A stretch of DNA of 64,000 nucleotides from an uncultured bacterium (GCA_963727525.1 CAVSGO010000005.1:512001-576000), one strand, 5' to 3'. Shown: positions 34,875-45,411, counted from the stretch's first letter. Numbers and translations are program-made. The notes: a model not told the origin generated them from the letters alone.

Positions 34875-35879
34875 TCAAGCCGTCCACCGCAGGAGCGTGG
34901 CGCCCCACGTGAAGCCGGCGCCGAAACTGCACAGCACGACCCAGTCGCCCTTGGCGACGCGACCCTCATCCTGGGCCACGCGCAGGGCCGACGGGATGCT
35001 CGCGCTCGTCGTGTTGCCGAAGCGGTCGATCGTGATCATGACCTGCTCCTCGCTGAGACCGACGCGCTTGGCCACGGCCTCGATGATGCGCAGGTTCGCC
35101 TGGTGTGGCACGAAGAGGCGCACATCCTCGCTCTTGAGCCCGTTGCGCTCCAGGATATCCCGCGTCACCTCGGTCATGCCCTTGACGGCGTACTTGTAGA
35201 CCTCGCGGCCGTGCTGGTAGATCTGGTGCATCTTCGCATCGACGGTCTCGTGGGTCGCCGGATGTCGGCTACCGCCACCCGGCATGTAGAGGTACTCGGC
35301 TCCGATGCCGTCGATGTGATTGATGTGATCGACGATACCCTGCTCACCCTCGGCCAGGCGCTCGAGGATCACCGCCGCCGCGCCGTCGCCAAAGAGGATG
35401 CAGGTGTTGCGATCGGTGTAGTCGACGATCGACGACATCACCTCGCTGCCGATGACGACGGCCTTCTTCACGGCGCCGGTCTCGACCTGCGCCCGCGCCG
35501 TCTGCAACGCGAAGACGAAGCCACTGCAGGCCGCCACGAGATCGTAGCCCCACGCGTTCACGAGCCCCAGCTCGCGCTGAATGAGGCAGCAGGTGGAGGG
35601 GAAGAGCATGTCCGGCGTCACGGTGGGCACGACGACGAGGTCGATCTCCTCCGGGGCTACCCCCGCGGCCGCCATCGCCTTCTTCGCCGCCAGCGCTCCG
35701 TGCACCGAGGCACCGGTGCCCGGTTCGACGAGGTGGCGTTCGCGAATTCCCGTGCGTTCCACGATCCACTGGTCGTTGGTCTCGACCATCTTCTCGAGTT
35801 CGGCGTTGGTCAGCACCCTTTCCGGGAACGACATGCCGACGCCGGTGATCCCGGCCGAATGAAGCGTCCGTGCTGGCAT
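34875..35879 (-). CDS. fabH: 3-oxoacyl-ACP synthase III
   Basis: WIVERTGIRER, AACSGF, LFGDGA, PHQANLRII, GNTTSAS, FGAGFTWG. Confidence 0.95.
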   Translation of the reverse strand: MPARTLHSAGITGVGMSFPERVLTNAELEKMVETNDQWIVERTGIRERHLVEPGTGASVHGALAAKKAMAAAGVAPEEIDLVVVPTVTPDMLFPSTCCLIQRELGLVNAWGYDLVAACSGFVFALQTARAQVETGAVKKAVVIGSEVMSSIVDYTDRNTCILFGDGAAAVILERLAEGEQGIVDHINHIDGIGAEYLYMPGGGSRHPATHETVDAKMHQIYQHGREVYKYAVKGMTEVTRDILERNGLKSEDVRLFVPHQANLRIIEAVAKRVGLSEEQVMITIDRFGNTTSASIPSALRVAQDEGRVAKGDWVVLCSFGAGFTWGATLLRWTA

Positions 35880-35996
35880 GGTGTCCTTTCCGTCACGGCG
35901 ATGCGCCGCGGCTGGTGGCGCCTTCCCCGTAAGACGTTACGGAATGATCGGGGAATCGGGCACAAAAATCCAGAATAAAGGCCGCCGTGGAACGCT

Positions 35997-36030
35997 GCGA
36001 GGGTCTCCGCTCGCTGGCAGAGACCCTCGC
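35997..36030. terminator. 11-bp inverted repeat after rplQ (candidate terminator)
   Basis: GCGAGGGTCTC-N12-GAGACCCTCGC; no U-tract. Confidence 0.45.
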
Positions 36031-36057
36031 TGGCGTCATGGCGCGGCACGGAAGGCC

Positions 36058-36606
36058 CTAGGCGTCCTTCTCGTCCGTGGATTCGGGTGCCTGCTCGTCC
36101 GGGGATTCAGGCGCCTGCTCGTCGGCAGCGCGTTCCTTCTCCTCGGCCGCCTCGACGAGCGCCGCCTTCGCCTCCGCCTTCTCCTCGGCCTTGAGGATGC
36201 GGCGGGCACGCTTGCGCTTGAGGCTGTCCGACACCGTCATCTTCACGGTGGTGCCCACCAGTTCGAGAATGGCCATCTCCGCATTGTCGCCCTTGCGGTT
36301 CCCGTTCAGGCGCATGATGCGGGTATAGCCTCCCGGCCGCTCTGCGAAACGCGGGCCGATCTCCTCGAACAGCTTCTTGAGCACCTGCGGATCGTTGATC
36401 TTGCGCGCCGCCATACGACGGGCGTGCAGATCGCCACGCTTCGCGAAGGTGATGAGCTTCTCGGCGACCGACCGCGCCTCCTTGGCCTTGGGCACCGTCG
36501 TCTGGATCCGCTCGTGCTCGAAGAGCGCCGTGACCAGGTTTCGGTACAGCATGGCCCGATGGGCAGCCGTGCGGTTCAGCTTTCGTCCGCTGACATTGTG
36601 ACGCAT
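36058..36606 (-). CDS. rplQ: 50S ribosomal protein L17 with acidic C-terminal extension
   Basis: MRH...KLNR..AHR, RPGGYTRI. Confidence 0.97.
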   Translation of the reverse strand: MRHNVSGRKLNRTAAHRAMLYRNLVTALFEHERIQTTVPKAKEARSVAEKLITFAKRGDLHARRMAARKINDPQVLKKLFEEIGPRFAERPGGYTRIMRLNGNRKGDNAEMAILELVGTTVKMTVSDSLKRKRARRILKAEEKAEAKAALVEAAEEKERAADEQAPESPDEQAPESTDEKDA

Positions 36607-36618
36607 GGTCTTCCGTCC

Positions 36619-37617
36619 TTATTCCGCGGTACGCGACTTGACCCGCTGCGAGACTTCCTCGGGGAAGCTCATGCCGAAGGTCAGCCCCATACCGTCGAGG
36701 ATCTCGGCGATCTCGTTCAAGCTCTTACGACCGAAATTGCGAAACTTCAGCATCTCGCCCTCGGTCTTCGTCACCAGATCGTAGAGGGTCTTGATGTTTC
36801 CGGATTTGAGGCAGTTCGCCGACCGCACCGACAGCTCTAGCTCTTCGACGTTGCGGGCCAGCAGATCCACCTGCCGCTCCTGTTCCTCGTCGACCTCGAC
36901 CTCCTGCGCATCGATCGGCGCCTCGTCGAAGTTGATGAAGACCTGGAAATGATCCTTGAGGATCTTCGACGCGAAGCCCACCGCATCTTCGGGCTTTACC
37001 GCGCCGTTGGTCGTGATGTCGACCACCAGTTTGTCATAGTCGGTGCGCTGCCCCACGCGCGTGTCTTCCACGCGGTAGGCCACCTTGCGAATCGGCGAGA
37101 AATTGGCATCCATGCGAATGACGCCGATCACCTCGTCGGGAATCTCGTGCACCTCGCGATCCACGTAGCTACGGCCCACGTCCACGAAGAGACGGGCCGA
37201 GAACTTGCCGGCATCGGTGATGTGGCAGATCACCAGGTCGGGGTTGCGGATCTCGAGGTCCGGATGGCCCTGGATCATCCCGGCCGTCACGGGACCCGGT
37301 TCGCTCACCTCGAGCGTCGCCCAGCCGGACGGCGCGTCGGACAGCTCGAACACCACTTCCTTGAGATTCAGGACGATGTCCGTCATGTCCTCGAGAACGA
37401 AGGGCAGCGTGCTCATCTCATGCTGCACGCCCTCGATGTGCACGGCCGTGATCGCGTGCCCGTGAATGCTGGACAGCAGCGTGCGCCGCAGGGCATTGCC
37501 CAGCGTCTGGCCGAAGCCACGCTCGAGCGGCGCGATCGAGAGCGAGGCGAAGGTGCTGGTCTGCGAATCCCGGTCGACCTTCACACCCTCGGGCATCATC
37601 ATGTTCACCCAACGCAT
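36619..37617 (-). CDS. rpoA: RNA polymerase alpha subunit
   Basis: PLERGFG.TLGNALRR, RVGQRTDYDKL, LELSVRSANCL. Confidence 0.98.
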   Translation of the reverse strand: MRWVNMMMPEGVKVDRDSQTSTFASLSIAPLERGFGQTLGNALRRTLLSSIHGHAITAVHIEGVQHEMSTLPFVLEDMTDIVLNLKEVVFELSDAPSGWATLEVSEPGPVTAGMIQGHPDLEIRNPDLVICHITDAGKFSARLFVDVGRSYVDREVHEIPDEVIGVIRMDANFSPIRKVAYRVEDTRVGQRTDYDKLVVDITTNGAVKPEDAVGFASKILKDHFQVFINFDEAPIDAQEVEVDEEQERQVDLLARNVEELELSVRSANCLKSGNIKTLYDLVTKTEGEMLKFRNFGRKSLNEIAEILDGMGLTFGMSFPEEVSQRVKSRTAE

Positions 37618-37652
37618 ACGTATTCCATCCCTTCCGCTGTGCAGCCCGGAAC

Positions 37653-38285
37653 TTAAACCTTCGAATAGAGCTCCACGATCAGGTTTTCCTGAATGGGGAT
37701 GGGCAGGTCGGTGAGCTGAGGCTCGGCGACCAGCTTGCCTTCGAGCTTCTTGTCGTCAGCGTCGACGAACGCCAGCCGATCGCGCTTGTTCGCGTTCTTC
37801 ACGGCCTCGGCGACCATCGGGATGTTCCGGCTCTTCTCACGGACAGCGACCACCTGACCCAGCCGCAACTGCATGCTCGGGATGTCACAGACCACGCCTT
37901 CGACCGCCACATGCTTGTGGCGAACGAGCTGGCGCGCCGCCGAACGCGAGGGCGCAAAGCCCAGGCGGTAGACGACGCTGTCGAGCCGCTTCTCGAGGAG
38001 GTTGAAGAGGTTCTCACCCGTCGGACCCTGGCGCCGGTTGGCCTCTGCATAGTAGAGACGGAACTGGCGCTCGAGCACGCCGTAAATGGCGCGCACCTTC
38101 TGCTTCTCTCGGAGCTGAAGCTTGTAGTCCGAGGGTTTACGCCCGCGGCGACGGCCATGCTGCCCCGGCCCATACGGCCGGCGCTCGATGGCGCAACTGC
38201 TGCTGAAGCAGCGCTCGCCTTTCAGGAAGAGCTTCATCCCCTCACGGCGGCAAAGCTTGCACTTCGCCTCGGTATACCTAGCCAT
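37653..38285 (-). CDS. rpsD: 30S ribosomal protein S4 (Zn-binding type)
   Basis: MARY...CKLCRREG, QLREKQK, RLDSVVYRLG. Confidence 0.98.
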   Translation of the reverse strand: MARYTEAKCKLCRREGMKLFLKGERCFSSSCAIERRPYGPGQHGRRRGRKPSDYKLQLREKQKVRAIYGVLERQFRLYYAEANRRQGPTGENLFNLLEKRLDSVVYRLGFAPSRSAARQLVRHKHVAVEGVVCDIPSMQLRLGQVVAVREKSRNIPMVAEAVKNANKRDRLAFVDADDKKLEGKLVAEPQLTDLPIPIQENLIVELYSKV

Positions 38286-38346
38286 CGAGTGGTACCTCCC
38301 ACGGCGTCGCGGGGTCCTGTCGCCCCGACGCCGTTCGTGTCAGAAA

Positions 38347-38748
38347 CTAGAGGCGGCGGCGCTTCTTCGGCCGACAGCCATTGTGCGGGATCGCCGTACA
38401 GTCCTTGATCCGCGCCACCTCGAGGCCCTCGGCCTTGAGGCTGCGGACCGCGGCCTCGCGGCCGGACCCGGGACCCTTGATCCAGACCTCGACCTTCCGC
38501 ATACCGGCGGACAGCACCTCCTGGGCGCAGAACCGGGCGGCGAGCTGGGCGGCAAAGGCGGTCGATTTGCGACTGCCCTTGTACCGACCCTGGTGCCCAC
38601 CCGACGACCAGGTGATCACGTTGCCCTGCATGTCGGTGATCGAGACGAGCGTGTTGTTGAAACTCGACTTGATGTGGGCCACGCCCACCGAGTCCAGCTT
38701 CTTCTTCTTCTGGCGGACCTTGCCGCGCTTGTCCTTGGCCGTGGCCAC
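38347..38748 (-). CDS. rpsK: 30S ribosomal protein S11
   Basis: [23 protein letters not shown] start with AGGAGG. Confidence 0.97.
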   Translation of the reverse strand: MATAKDKRGKVRQKKKKLDSVGVAHIKSSFNNTLVSITDMQGNVITWSSGGHQGRYKGSRKSTAFAAQLAARFCAQEVLSAGMRKVEVWIKGPGSGREAAVRSLKAEGLEVARIKDCTAIPHNGCRPKKRRRL

Positions 38749-38763
38749 TGGCAACCTCCTGCC

Positions 38764-39132
38764 TTACTTCTTCTTGGCACCCGGCCGAGCCCGGGGGCCC
38801 TTGCGCGTGCGAGCATTGTTCTTGGTGTTCTGTCCCCGCACGGGCAGCTTGCGACGGTGGCGCAGGCCCCGATAGCAGCCGATATCCATCAGACGCTGGA
38901 TATTCATGCTGACTTCCGTGCGCAGCGTACCTTCCACCTGATAATCCTTGTCGATGATCCCGATGATCCGACGGGTCTGCTCCTCGTTGAGGTCCCTCGT
39001 CTTCGTCTCGGGACTGATATCCGCCTTGCGGCAGATATCGAAAGCCCGGTGGGGGCCGATCCCGAAGATGTAGGTAAGGGACGTCGCGACCCGCTTCTCA
39101 TTCGGAATGTCGACGCCAGCAATTCGCGCCAC
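38764..39132 (-). CDS. rpsM: 30S ribosomal protein S13
   Basis: ARIAGVD, YRGLRH..LPVRGQ.TK.NARTRKG. Confidence 0.98.
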   Translation of the reverse strand: MARIAGVDIPNEKRVATSLTYIFGIGPHRAFDICRKADISPETKTRDLNEEQTRRIIGIIDKDYQVEGTLRTEVSMNIQRLMDIGCYRGLRHRRKLPVRGQNTKNNARTRKGPRARPGAKKK

Positions 39133-39150
39133 TTAAGGCTCCTTTCGTCC

Positions 39151-39264
39151 TCAACCCTGGCGCTGACTGTGCCGGCGGTTGATGCAAATCACCCGCACGA
39201 CGCCTTTGCGCCGAATGATCTTGCACTTCGGGCAGATCTTCTTCACGGAACTGCGAACCTTCAT
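39151..39264 (-). CDS. rpmJ: 50S ribosomal protein L36 (not in ORF track)
   Basis: Manual translation [37 protein letters not shown]. Confidence 0.97.
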   Translation of the reverse strand: MKVRSSVKKICPKCKIIRRKGVVRVICINRRHSQRQG

Positions 39265-39313
39265 TGCGACCACTCCTCGACGGCGCCCAGAGTACTCTGT
39301 CTGAACGGCGCTC

Positions 39314-39532
39314 CTACTTGTACCGATACGTGATGCGCCCGCGGGTCAAGTCATAGGGCGACAGCTCGACCGTGACCTTGTCTCCCGGCAGGATGCGGAT
39401 GAAGTGCATGCGCATCTTGCCCGACACGTGTGCGAGTACCACGTGCTTGTTCTCCAGCTCGACCCGGAAATTGGCGTTGGGCAGCGCTTCGATCACCGTA
39501 CCCTCGACGCTGATTCCCTCTTCCTTCGCCAT
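39314..39532 (-). CDS. infA: Translation initiation factor IF-1
   Basis: MAKEE..., SGKMR..IRILPGD.V.VE.SPYDL. Confidence 0.98.
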   Translation of the reverse strand: MAKEEGISVEGTVIEALPNANFRVELENKHVVLAHVSGKMRMHFIRILPGDKVTVELSPYDLTRGRITYRYK

Positions 39533-40312
39533 TCAAATCTCCCCTGCGTCGGCCCATCGGGGGCGATTGGTGAGGACCTGCGTCCCCTGCTCAGTCACGG
39601 CGACCGTGTGCTCGAAATGCGCCGACAGCTTGCGGTCGGCCGTCACCACGGTCCATTTGTCCGCCAGGGTCACGACACGCTTCGTGCCCTGGTTGATCAT
39701 CGGCTCGATCGCGATCACCAAGCCCACCTCCAGCGAGGGGTCGGGCGAGGTGAAGCAGCGGTAGTTGGGCACCTGCGGATCCTCGTGCATCTGCTGGCCG
39801 ATGCCATGGCCAACCAGCGTCTCCACCACCGAGAATCCGTTCGCCGTCGCGTGCGCCTCCACCGCAGTGCCGATCACCGACAGCCGCTTCCCCGCTTCCA
39901 CCGACGCGATCGCGCGCCACAGGCATTCCTCGGTCACCTGCAGCAGCTTCGTCGACTCCGGCGAGATCTCGCCCACCGGCAGCGTCTCCGCGCTGTCAGC
40001 GTGCCAGCCGTCGTGGATCAGGCCGATATCGATCCCGACGACGTCGCCATCCTTCAGGGGCCGGTCGCCCGGAATCCCATGCACGACCTGCTCGTTCACC
40101 GAGATGCAGGCCGAGGCCGGAAAGCCATTGTATCCCTTGAACGATGGGATACAGCCCGCATCGCGAATCATGCCCTCGAGCGCGGCGTCGAGGTCGCCCG
40201 TCGTCACGCCGGGCTTCACTAGGTCTCTCACCGCCATGAAGACCTCGGCCAGGATCTTCCCGCTGGCCGCCATCCTGGCAATCTCGTCGGGCGTCTTCAA
40301 ACGGATCTGCAC
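39533..40312 (-). CDS. map: Methionine aminopeptidase type I
   Basis: CISVNEQVVHGIP, GHGIG..MHEDP, AIEPMI, SAHFEHT; GTG start. Confidence 0.96.
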   Translation of the reverse strand: MQIRLKTPDEIARMAASGKILAEVFMAVRDLVKPGVTTGDLDAALEGMIRDAGCIPSFKGYNGFPASACISVNEQVVHGIPGDRPLKDGDVVGIDIGLIHDGWHADSAETLPVGEISPESTKLLQVTEECLWRAIASVEAGKRLSVIGTAVEAHATANGFSVVETLVGHGIGQQMHEDPQVPNYRCFTSPDPSLEVGLVIAIEPMINQGTKRVVTLADKWTVVTADRKLSAHFEHTVAVTEQGTQVLTNRPRWADAGEI

Positions 40313-40313
40313 C

Positions 40314-40958
40314 TTACCCCAGGACACGCTGAATCCTCTCGGCCACGTCCGCCGGGGTGCCATTCCCCTCGATCGTCCGCAGCGGGTAGGTTTCGCCAAG
40401 CCGGGCCGCCGCCGGCGCCGTCTTCTCGTGATACACGGCGAGGCGATTGCGAATCGTCGCCTCCTGATCGTCCGGGCGCTGATAGAGCGCCTTCTCACCG
40501 CACACCGGGCAACGGCCAGACACGCCGCCGGCCACCGTCTCGCGGCTCGCCACGGCGCCGCAAGCCTTGCACGTGAGCCGCCGGCCCAGGCGTTCGACGA
40601 TGAGGTCATCGTCGACCTCGACCAGCAGCACCGTGTCGATCGACTGCGCGATGCGCGCCAGCAGGGCCGCGAGGCCGTCGGCCTGGGCGACCGTGCGCGG
40701 AAACCCATCGAGCAACCACCCGCCGCGTACATCCTCATCCTGCAGACGGTCGGCGATGAGGGCCATCATGAGCGCGTCCGGCACGAGATCGCCCGCTTCG
40801 AGGATCGCTTCCACCTGCTTGCCCAGCACGGTGCCGCGATGCACGGCGCGCCGCAGCATGTCGCCGGAGGAGATGTGCACCAGCACATACTTCTCGGCGA
40901 TGCCGCTGGCCTGCGTCCCCTTGCCGCCTCCCGGCGGGCCCATGATCACGACGTTCAT
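40314..40958 (-). CDS. adk: Adenylate kinase (Zn-LID type)
   Basis: GPPGGGKGTQ, LDGFPRT, CKACG...CPVCG, R.DD. Confidence 0.97.
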   Translation of the reverse strand: MNVVIMGPPGGGKGTQASGIAEKYVLVHISSGDMLRRAVHRGTVLGKQVEAILEAGDLVPDALMMALIADRLQDEDVRGGWLLDGFPRTVAQADGLAALLARIAQSIDTVLLVEVDDDLIVERLGRRLTCKACGAVASRETVAGGVSGRCPVCGEKALYQRPDDQEATIRNRLAVYHEKTAPAAARLGETYPLRTIEGNGTPADVAERIQRVLG

Positions 40959-40980
40959 TCCTTCACCACGCTCATGCTCG

Positions 40981-42279
40981 CTAGCGGCGCGCCCGCAGGC
41001 GGCCCTTGGCCATGAAACCGTCGTAGTGCCGCATCAGGAGGTGCGACTCGATCTGCTGCAATGTATCCAGGGCCACACCCACGACGATCAGCAGTCCCGT
41101 GCCGCCGAAGTAGAACGGCACGTTCAGGAAGTTGATCATCATGTCGGGCAGGACCGCGATCACCGCCAGGAATACGGCGCCCGGCAGCGTGACGCGGGTC
41201 AGCACGCGGTCGATGTACTCGGCCGTCTTCTTGCCAGGACGCACGCCCGGGATGAAGCCGCTGTTCTTCTTCATGTTATCCGCCAGATCCACCGGGTTCA
41301 GGATGACCGCGGTGTAGAAGTAGGCGAACAGGATGATCAGCGCCGAGTAGATGATCACATAGATCGGACTCGAATGTCGGAACGCACCGGCGATGGTTCC
41401 CCAGAAGTTGCTGTTGGGAAAGAACCCGCCCAGCGTCGCCGGGAACATGATGATCGACTGCGCGAAGATGATCGGGATCACGCCGGCGGTGTTCACGCGC
41501 AGCGGGATGTGGGTGCTGGCGCCGCCGTAGACGCGCCGCCCGACGATCTTCTTTGCGTACTGCACCGGAATCCGCCGCTGGCCCTGCGTGATGGCGATGA
41601 TGCCAGCGATCACGCCGATCATGAAGACGAGGATGATCGCCAGCTTGGCCCAGTGCATCTCACCGCTGCGCATCTGCTCGAGCGTACGCAGAATGTCGGC
41701 CGGATAGCGCGCGATGATGCCGATGAAAATGATCAGCGAGATGCCGTTGCCGATGCCACGTTCGGTGATCTGCTCGCCCAGCCACATCACGAGCACGGTG
41801 CCCGTGGTCAGCGTGAGGATGAACATGAGCTTGAACGCCAGTCCGGGCGACGCCACGACGCCGAGGCTCTCGACAGCGAAACTCATGCCGAAGGCCTGAA
41901 CGAGCGCGAGACCCACGGTCCCATACCGTGTGTATTGGTTGATCCGTTTACGCCCTTCCTCGCCTTCCTTCGCGAGCTTCTCGAAGTACGGCACCACGGC
42001 CTGCAGTAGCTGCAGGATGATCGACGCGCTGATATACGGCATGATGCCCAGCGCGAACACGGTGGCGTTGTGCAGGTTGCCGCCGGAGAACATGTCGTAC
42101 AATCCGGCCAGCGAACCCTGCAGCCCCGAAAAGAACTGCGCAAGCGCCACGCGATCGATGCCCGGCACCGGGATGTGGCTGCCCAGTCGATAGATGGCCA
42201 GAATCAGGGCCGTGAACAGGATCCGCCGCTTCAGTTCGGGGATCTTGAACATCGACTGGTAACTGCGGGTGATATTCAA
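40981..42279 (-). CDS. secY: Preprotein translocase SecY
   Basis: ALGIMPYISASII, GIGNGISL, FIPGVRPG, FGGT.LLIVV. Confidence 0.98.
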   Translation of the reverse strand: MNITRSYQSMFKIPELKRRILFTALILAIYRLGSHIPVPGIDRVALAQFFSGLQGSLAGLYDMFSGGNLHNATVFALGIMPYISASIILQLLQAVVPYFEKLAKEGEEGRKRINQYTRYGTVGLALVQAFGMSFAVESLGVVASPGLAFKLMFILTLTTGTVLVMWLGEQITERGIGNGISLIIFIGIIARYPADILRTLEQMRSGEMHWAKLAIILVFMIGVIAGIIAITQGQRRIPVQYAKKIVGRRVYGGASTHIPLRVNTAGVIPIIFAQSIIMFPATLGGFFPNSNFWGTIAGAFRHSSPIYVIIYSALIILFAYFYTAVILNPVDLADNMKKNSGFIPGVRPGKKTAEYIDRVLTRVTLPGAVFLAVIAVLPDMMINFLNVPFYFGGTGLLIVVGVALDTLQQIESHLLMRHYDGFMAKGRLRARR

Positions 42280-42331
42280 AGCAGTGTTTCCTTTGCTCGG
42301 CTAGCGTCGCGCGCCGCCTCGATCCTCATTC

Positions 42332-42781
42332 TCACCCGGTCACGGTCACGCTGCCGCCGACGGTTTCCACCGCCTTGATGGCTGCCTCGCTGGCTTTCGT
42401 CACCTCGACCTGGAGCGACTTCTCGATCGTGCCCCGGCCGAGCAGCTTCACCGGCTGCCCGGGGTGCTTGATCAGACCGGCTTCGGCCAGCGCGTCTGCA
42501 TTGATCTTGTCGCCAGCGTTGAACCGTGCCTCGAGCTGATCGAGGTTCACGAGCTGGAAGGTCTTCTTGAAGATGTTCGTGAAGCCGCGCTTCGGCAGAC
42601 GCCGGTTCAGCGGCATCTGACCACCCTCGAACCAGGGCGGGACGCCGCCGCCGGAACGCGCCTTCTGGCCCTTATGGCCGCGTCCGCCAGTCTTGCCCTG
42701 TCCGGATGCGGGGCCACGGCCTCGCCGCTTGGTGTTGCGCGTCGCCCCCGCGGGGGCGCCGATATCGTTCAGCTTGAGCAT
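42332..42781 (-). CDS. rplO: 50S ribosomal protein L15
   Basis: GRGHKGQ.ARSG, FEGGQMPL.RRLPKRGF. Confidence 0.98.
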   Translation of the reverse strand: MLKLNDIGAPAGATRNTKRRGRGPASGQGKTGGRGHKGQKARSGGGVPPWFEGGQMPLNRRLPKRGFTNIFKKTFQLVNLDQLEARFNAGDKINADALAEAGLIKHPGQPVKLLGRGTIEKSLQVEVTKASEAAIKAVETVGGSVTVTG

Positions 42782-42782
42782 G

Positions 42783-42971
42783 TCACTGCACCTCTTCCAC
42801 GTTCACGAGGTGACGCACCTTCTGCACCATGCCGCGGATCGCCGGCGTGTCGTTGTGGATCACCGTCATCTGATGGTGCCGCAGCCCGAGCGCCGCGATG
42901 ACCCGTCGGTGCGGCCAGGGCCGCCCGACGATACTCCTGATCTGCGTGATCTTCAGTTTCTTGTCACTCAT
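42783..42971 (-). CDS. rpmD: 50S ribosomal protein L30
   Basis: KITQIRS.VG...LGL...IRGM..KV.HLV; synteny. Confidence 0.95.
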   Translation of the reverse strand: MSDKKLKITQIRSIVGRPWPHRRVIAALGLRHHQMTVIHNDTPAIRGMVQKVRHLVNVEEVQ

Positions 42972-43713
42972 CGCTGGTCGCCTCCTGGTCAGCGGCCGGC
43001 TCGGCCTGAGGGGCCGACTCGGTCGGCGCGACCGGCTTGGCCTTCGCCGCCTTGGCTTGACCGGGGACGGCGAGGCCCAGCACCTCGGGAACGGTGATGC
43101 CGCGCTTGGCCGCGAATTCCTCCACGCGCCGGAGCTGCCGCAAGCCGTCGATGGTCGCCTTCACCACGTTGTTGGGGTTGCGCGACCCGAGCTGCTTGGT
43201 CAGGATGTTGCGGATGCCGGCGGCTTCGATGATGGCGCGCACGCCACCCGCAGCGATCACGCCTGTACCAGCCACGGCCGGCTTCAACAGCACGCGGCTG
43301 GAGCCGAACACGCCCGTGACCGCGTACGGGATGGTGTCCTTGAGAACGGGCACCGACATCTGGTTGGCGCGAGCAGCCTCGCTGGCCTTGCGGATGGCGT
43401 CGGAGATCTCGTTCGCCTTGCCCATCGCCACGCCCACACGGCCCTTGCCGTCGCCGACGGTGACGATCGCACTGAAGCTGAAGCGCCGACCGCCCTTGAC
43501 CACTTTGGCCACGCGGTTGATGTTGATCACGTTCTCGAGCAAGTCCGGACCGTCGGACGAGCGGTCGCGATCGCGTCGATTGCCATCACGGCCGCCGGGC
43601 CCGCCGGGCCCTCCCGGCCCGCCACGTCGATCGCCGCGTCCGGCACCGGGACCTCCGCGCCGAGGGACTTGACCGCCACGACCGCCGGTATTGGTGTTCT
43701 GCATGTCCGCCAT
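42964..43713 (-). CDS. rpsE: 30S ribosomal protein S5 with Gly/Arg-rich N-terminal extension
   Basis: [22 protein letters not shown]. Confidence 0.97.
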   Translation of the reverse strand: MADMQNTNTGGRGGQVPRRGGPGAGRGDRRGGPGGPGGPGGRDGNRRDRDRSSDGPDLLENVININRVAKVVKGGRRFSFSAIVTVGDGKGRVGVAMGKANEISDAIRKASEAARANQMSVPVLKDTIPYAVTGVFGSSRVLLKPAVAGTGVIAAGGVRAIIEAAGIRNILTKQLGSRNPNNVVKATIDGLRQLRRVEEFAAKRGITVPEVLGLAVPGQAKAAKAKPVAPTESAPQAEPAADQEATSDE

Positions 43714-43761
43714 CGGAATACTGCTCCTGTCGTCTGGCAGCCGGCAATGCCGGCCGGCCTG

Positions 43762-44136
43762 CTAGAACTCGAGTCCACCGTCGCGGGCGCCCTGGGCCAG
43801 CGCCTCGACACGCCCGTGGTACAAGTAACCGTTGCGATCGAACACGACGGCCGCGACGCCCTTCTCTTTCGCGAGTTCGGCCAGGCTGTGGCCCACGCGA
43901 TAGGCGAGCGCGCGCTTGCCCGTCATGCCCTCCGGCAGTGTCGTCTCGCCCGCCTTCTTGCTGTCGCACCACACGAGCGTGCGACGGGTGTCGTCATCCA
44001 CGATCTGCGCGTAGATGTGGCGGTGACTGCGGAATACCGACAGGCGCGGCTTGGTCGCGGATCCGTGCAGGCCCTTGCCTACGCGCCGCTTGCGCTTGAC
44101 CCAGGCGCCATGCCTCGTGACACTGAACTGACTCAT
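43762..44136 (-). CDS. rplR: 50S ribosomal protein L18
   Basis: PRLSVFRS, FDRNGYLYHGRV. Confidence 0.97.
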   Translation of the reverse strand: MSQFSVTRHGAWVKRKRRVGKGLHGSATKPRLSVFRSHRHIYAQIVDDDTRRTLVWCDSKKAGETTLPEGMTGKRALAYRVGHSLAELAKEKGVAAVVFDRNGYLYHGRVEALAQGARDGGLEF

Positions 44137-44160
44137 CTTCGTCCTCCCGACCCGGCGCCA

Positions 44161-44700
44161 CTACTTGCCGGCGGCCTTGCCGGCCTTCCTCTGGATGATC
44201 TCGTCGGAGTATCGGATGCCTTTGCCCTTGTAGGGTTCCGGCTTGCGGTAGGCTCGGATCTCCGCGGCCACCTGTCCTACTTTTTGCTTATCGATCCCCG
44301 AGATCTGGATCCGCGTGGGCTCCGGCGTGACCACCGTGATGCCCTCAGGGATCTTGTACTCGAGGGGATGGCTGAACTGGAGCTGCAGATCCAGCACGTC
44401 GCCCTTGACCGCGGCACGGTAGCCGACACCCTCGATCAGCAGGGTGCGGGACCAGCCCTCGGTGACACCCGTGATCTGATTCGCGATCAGGGCGCGCACG
44501 AGCCCGTGGCGAGCCCTCATCGGCTTGCTCTCGTTCGGCCGCTCGATGACGAGCCGGCCACCATCCTGATTGATCGTCAGGCCGGTGGGGATGTGCTGAC
44601 GCATCTCGCCCTTGGGGCCCTTCACCACGGACTCGTTGCCCTGGATGGTGACGGTTACCCCGCCGGGAATCTCTATGGGTTTTTTTCCTACGCGCGACAT
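44161..44700 (-). CDS. rplF: 50S ribosomal protein L6
   Basis: MSRVGK, GVGYRA, PEPYKGKGI. Confidence 0.98.
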   Translation of the reverse strand: MSRVGKKPIEIPGGVTVTIQGNESVVKGPKGEMRQHIPTGLTINQDGGRLVIERPNESKPMRARHGLVRALIANQITGVTEGWSRTLLIEGVGYRAAVKGDVLDLQLQFSHPLEYKIPEGITVVTPEPTRIQISGIDKQKVGQVAAEIRAYRKPEPYKGKGIRYSDEIIQRKAGKAAGK

Positions 44701-44780
44701 ACTTCGACTCCTTGGCGGCCTGAAGGCTCACGACGGCAGGACGTAGCTTGACGGCCCGACGTTGCTAGACGGCCTGTCCG

Positions 44781-45188
44781 CTACCAGACCTCGCACACCA
44801 CTTCGCCGCCGATACCGCGCTGGCGACACTGGTGGCCCGTGAGAATACCCTGATTGGTCGACAAGATCGAGATCCCGTAGCCTCCGCAGACCTTCGGGAT
44901 GCTGTCCTTGCCGGCGAAGATGCGTCGCCCCGGGCGACTCACGCGCCGGATGCCCTCGATGACGCCGATGCGCTTGCCTTCGCGATCGAAATACTTGAGG
45001 TGCAGACGCAGCGACCCTTGCGCATTGTCGGAGACCTCGTCGAACTTCATGATGTAACCCTGTTGCTCGAGGAGCTGCGCGATGGCCCGCTTCGTGCCCG
45101 AAGCCGGTACGTCCACCTTTCGGTGACCGGCCTGGATGGCGTTCCGAATCCGCGACAGCATATCCGCAATGGGATCGGTCATGCTCAT
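44781..45188 (-). CDS. rpsH: 30S ribosomal protein S8
   Basis: MSMTDPIADML.RIRN, SRPG.R, GGEV.C.VW. Confidence 0.97.
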   Translation of the reverse strand: MSMTDPIADMLSRIRNAIQAGHRKVDVPASGTKRAIAQLLEQQGYIMKFDEVSDNAQGSLRLHLKYFDREGKRIGVIEGIRRVSRPGRRIFAGKDSIPKVCGGYGISILSTNQGILTGHQCRQRGIGGEVVCEVW

Positions 45189-45210
45189 GCTACCTGACTC
45201 CTTCTGCCCG

Positions 45211-45396
45211 CTACCAGCTGGCCTTCTTGACGCCCGGGATGTCACCCGAGAGGGCGAGCTCCCGGAAGCAGATGCGACAGAGACCGAATTTACGGATGTA
45301 GGCCCGCGGGCGACCGCAGCGGCGGCAGCGGTTATAGGCCCTGACCTTGAACTTGGGCGGCCGGCTGGCCTTCGCGATCAGTGACTTTCTGGCCAA
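45211..45396 (-). CDS. rpsN: 30S ribosomal protein S14 (type Z, Zn-binding)
   Basis: RCRRCGR...CRICFRE...KASW. Confidence 0.97.
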   Translation of the reverse strand: MARKSLIAKASRPPKFKVRAYNRCRRCGRPRAYIRKFGLCRICFRELALSGDIPGVKKASW

Positions 45397-45411
45397 AACA
45401 ATTTCCTCCCA

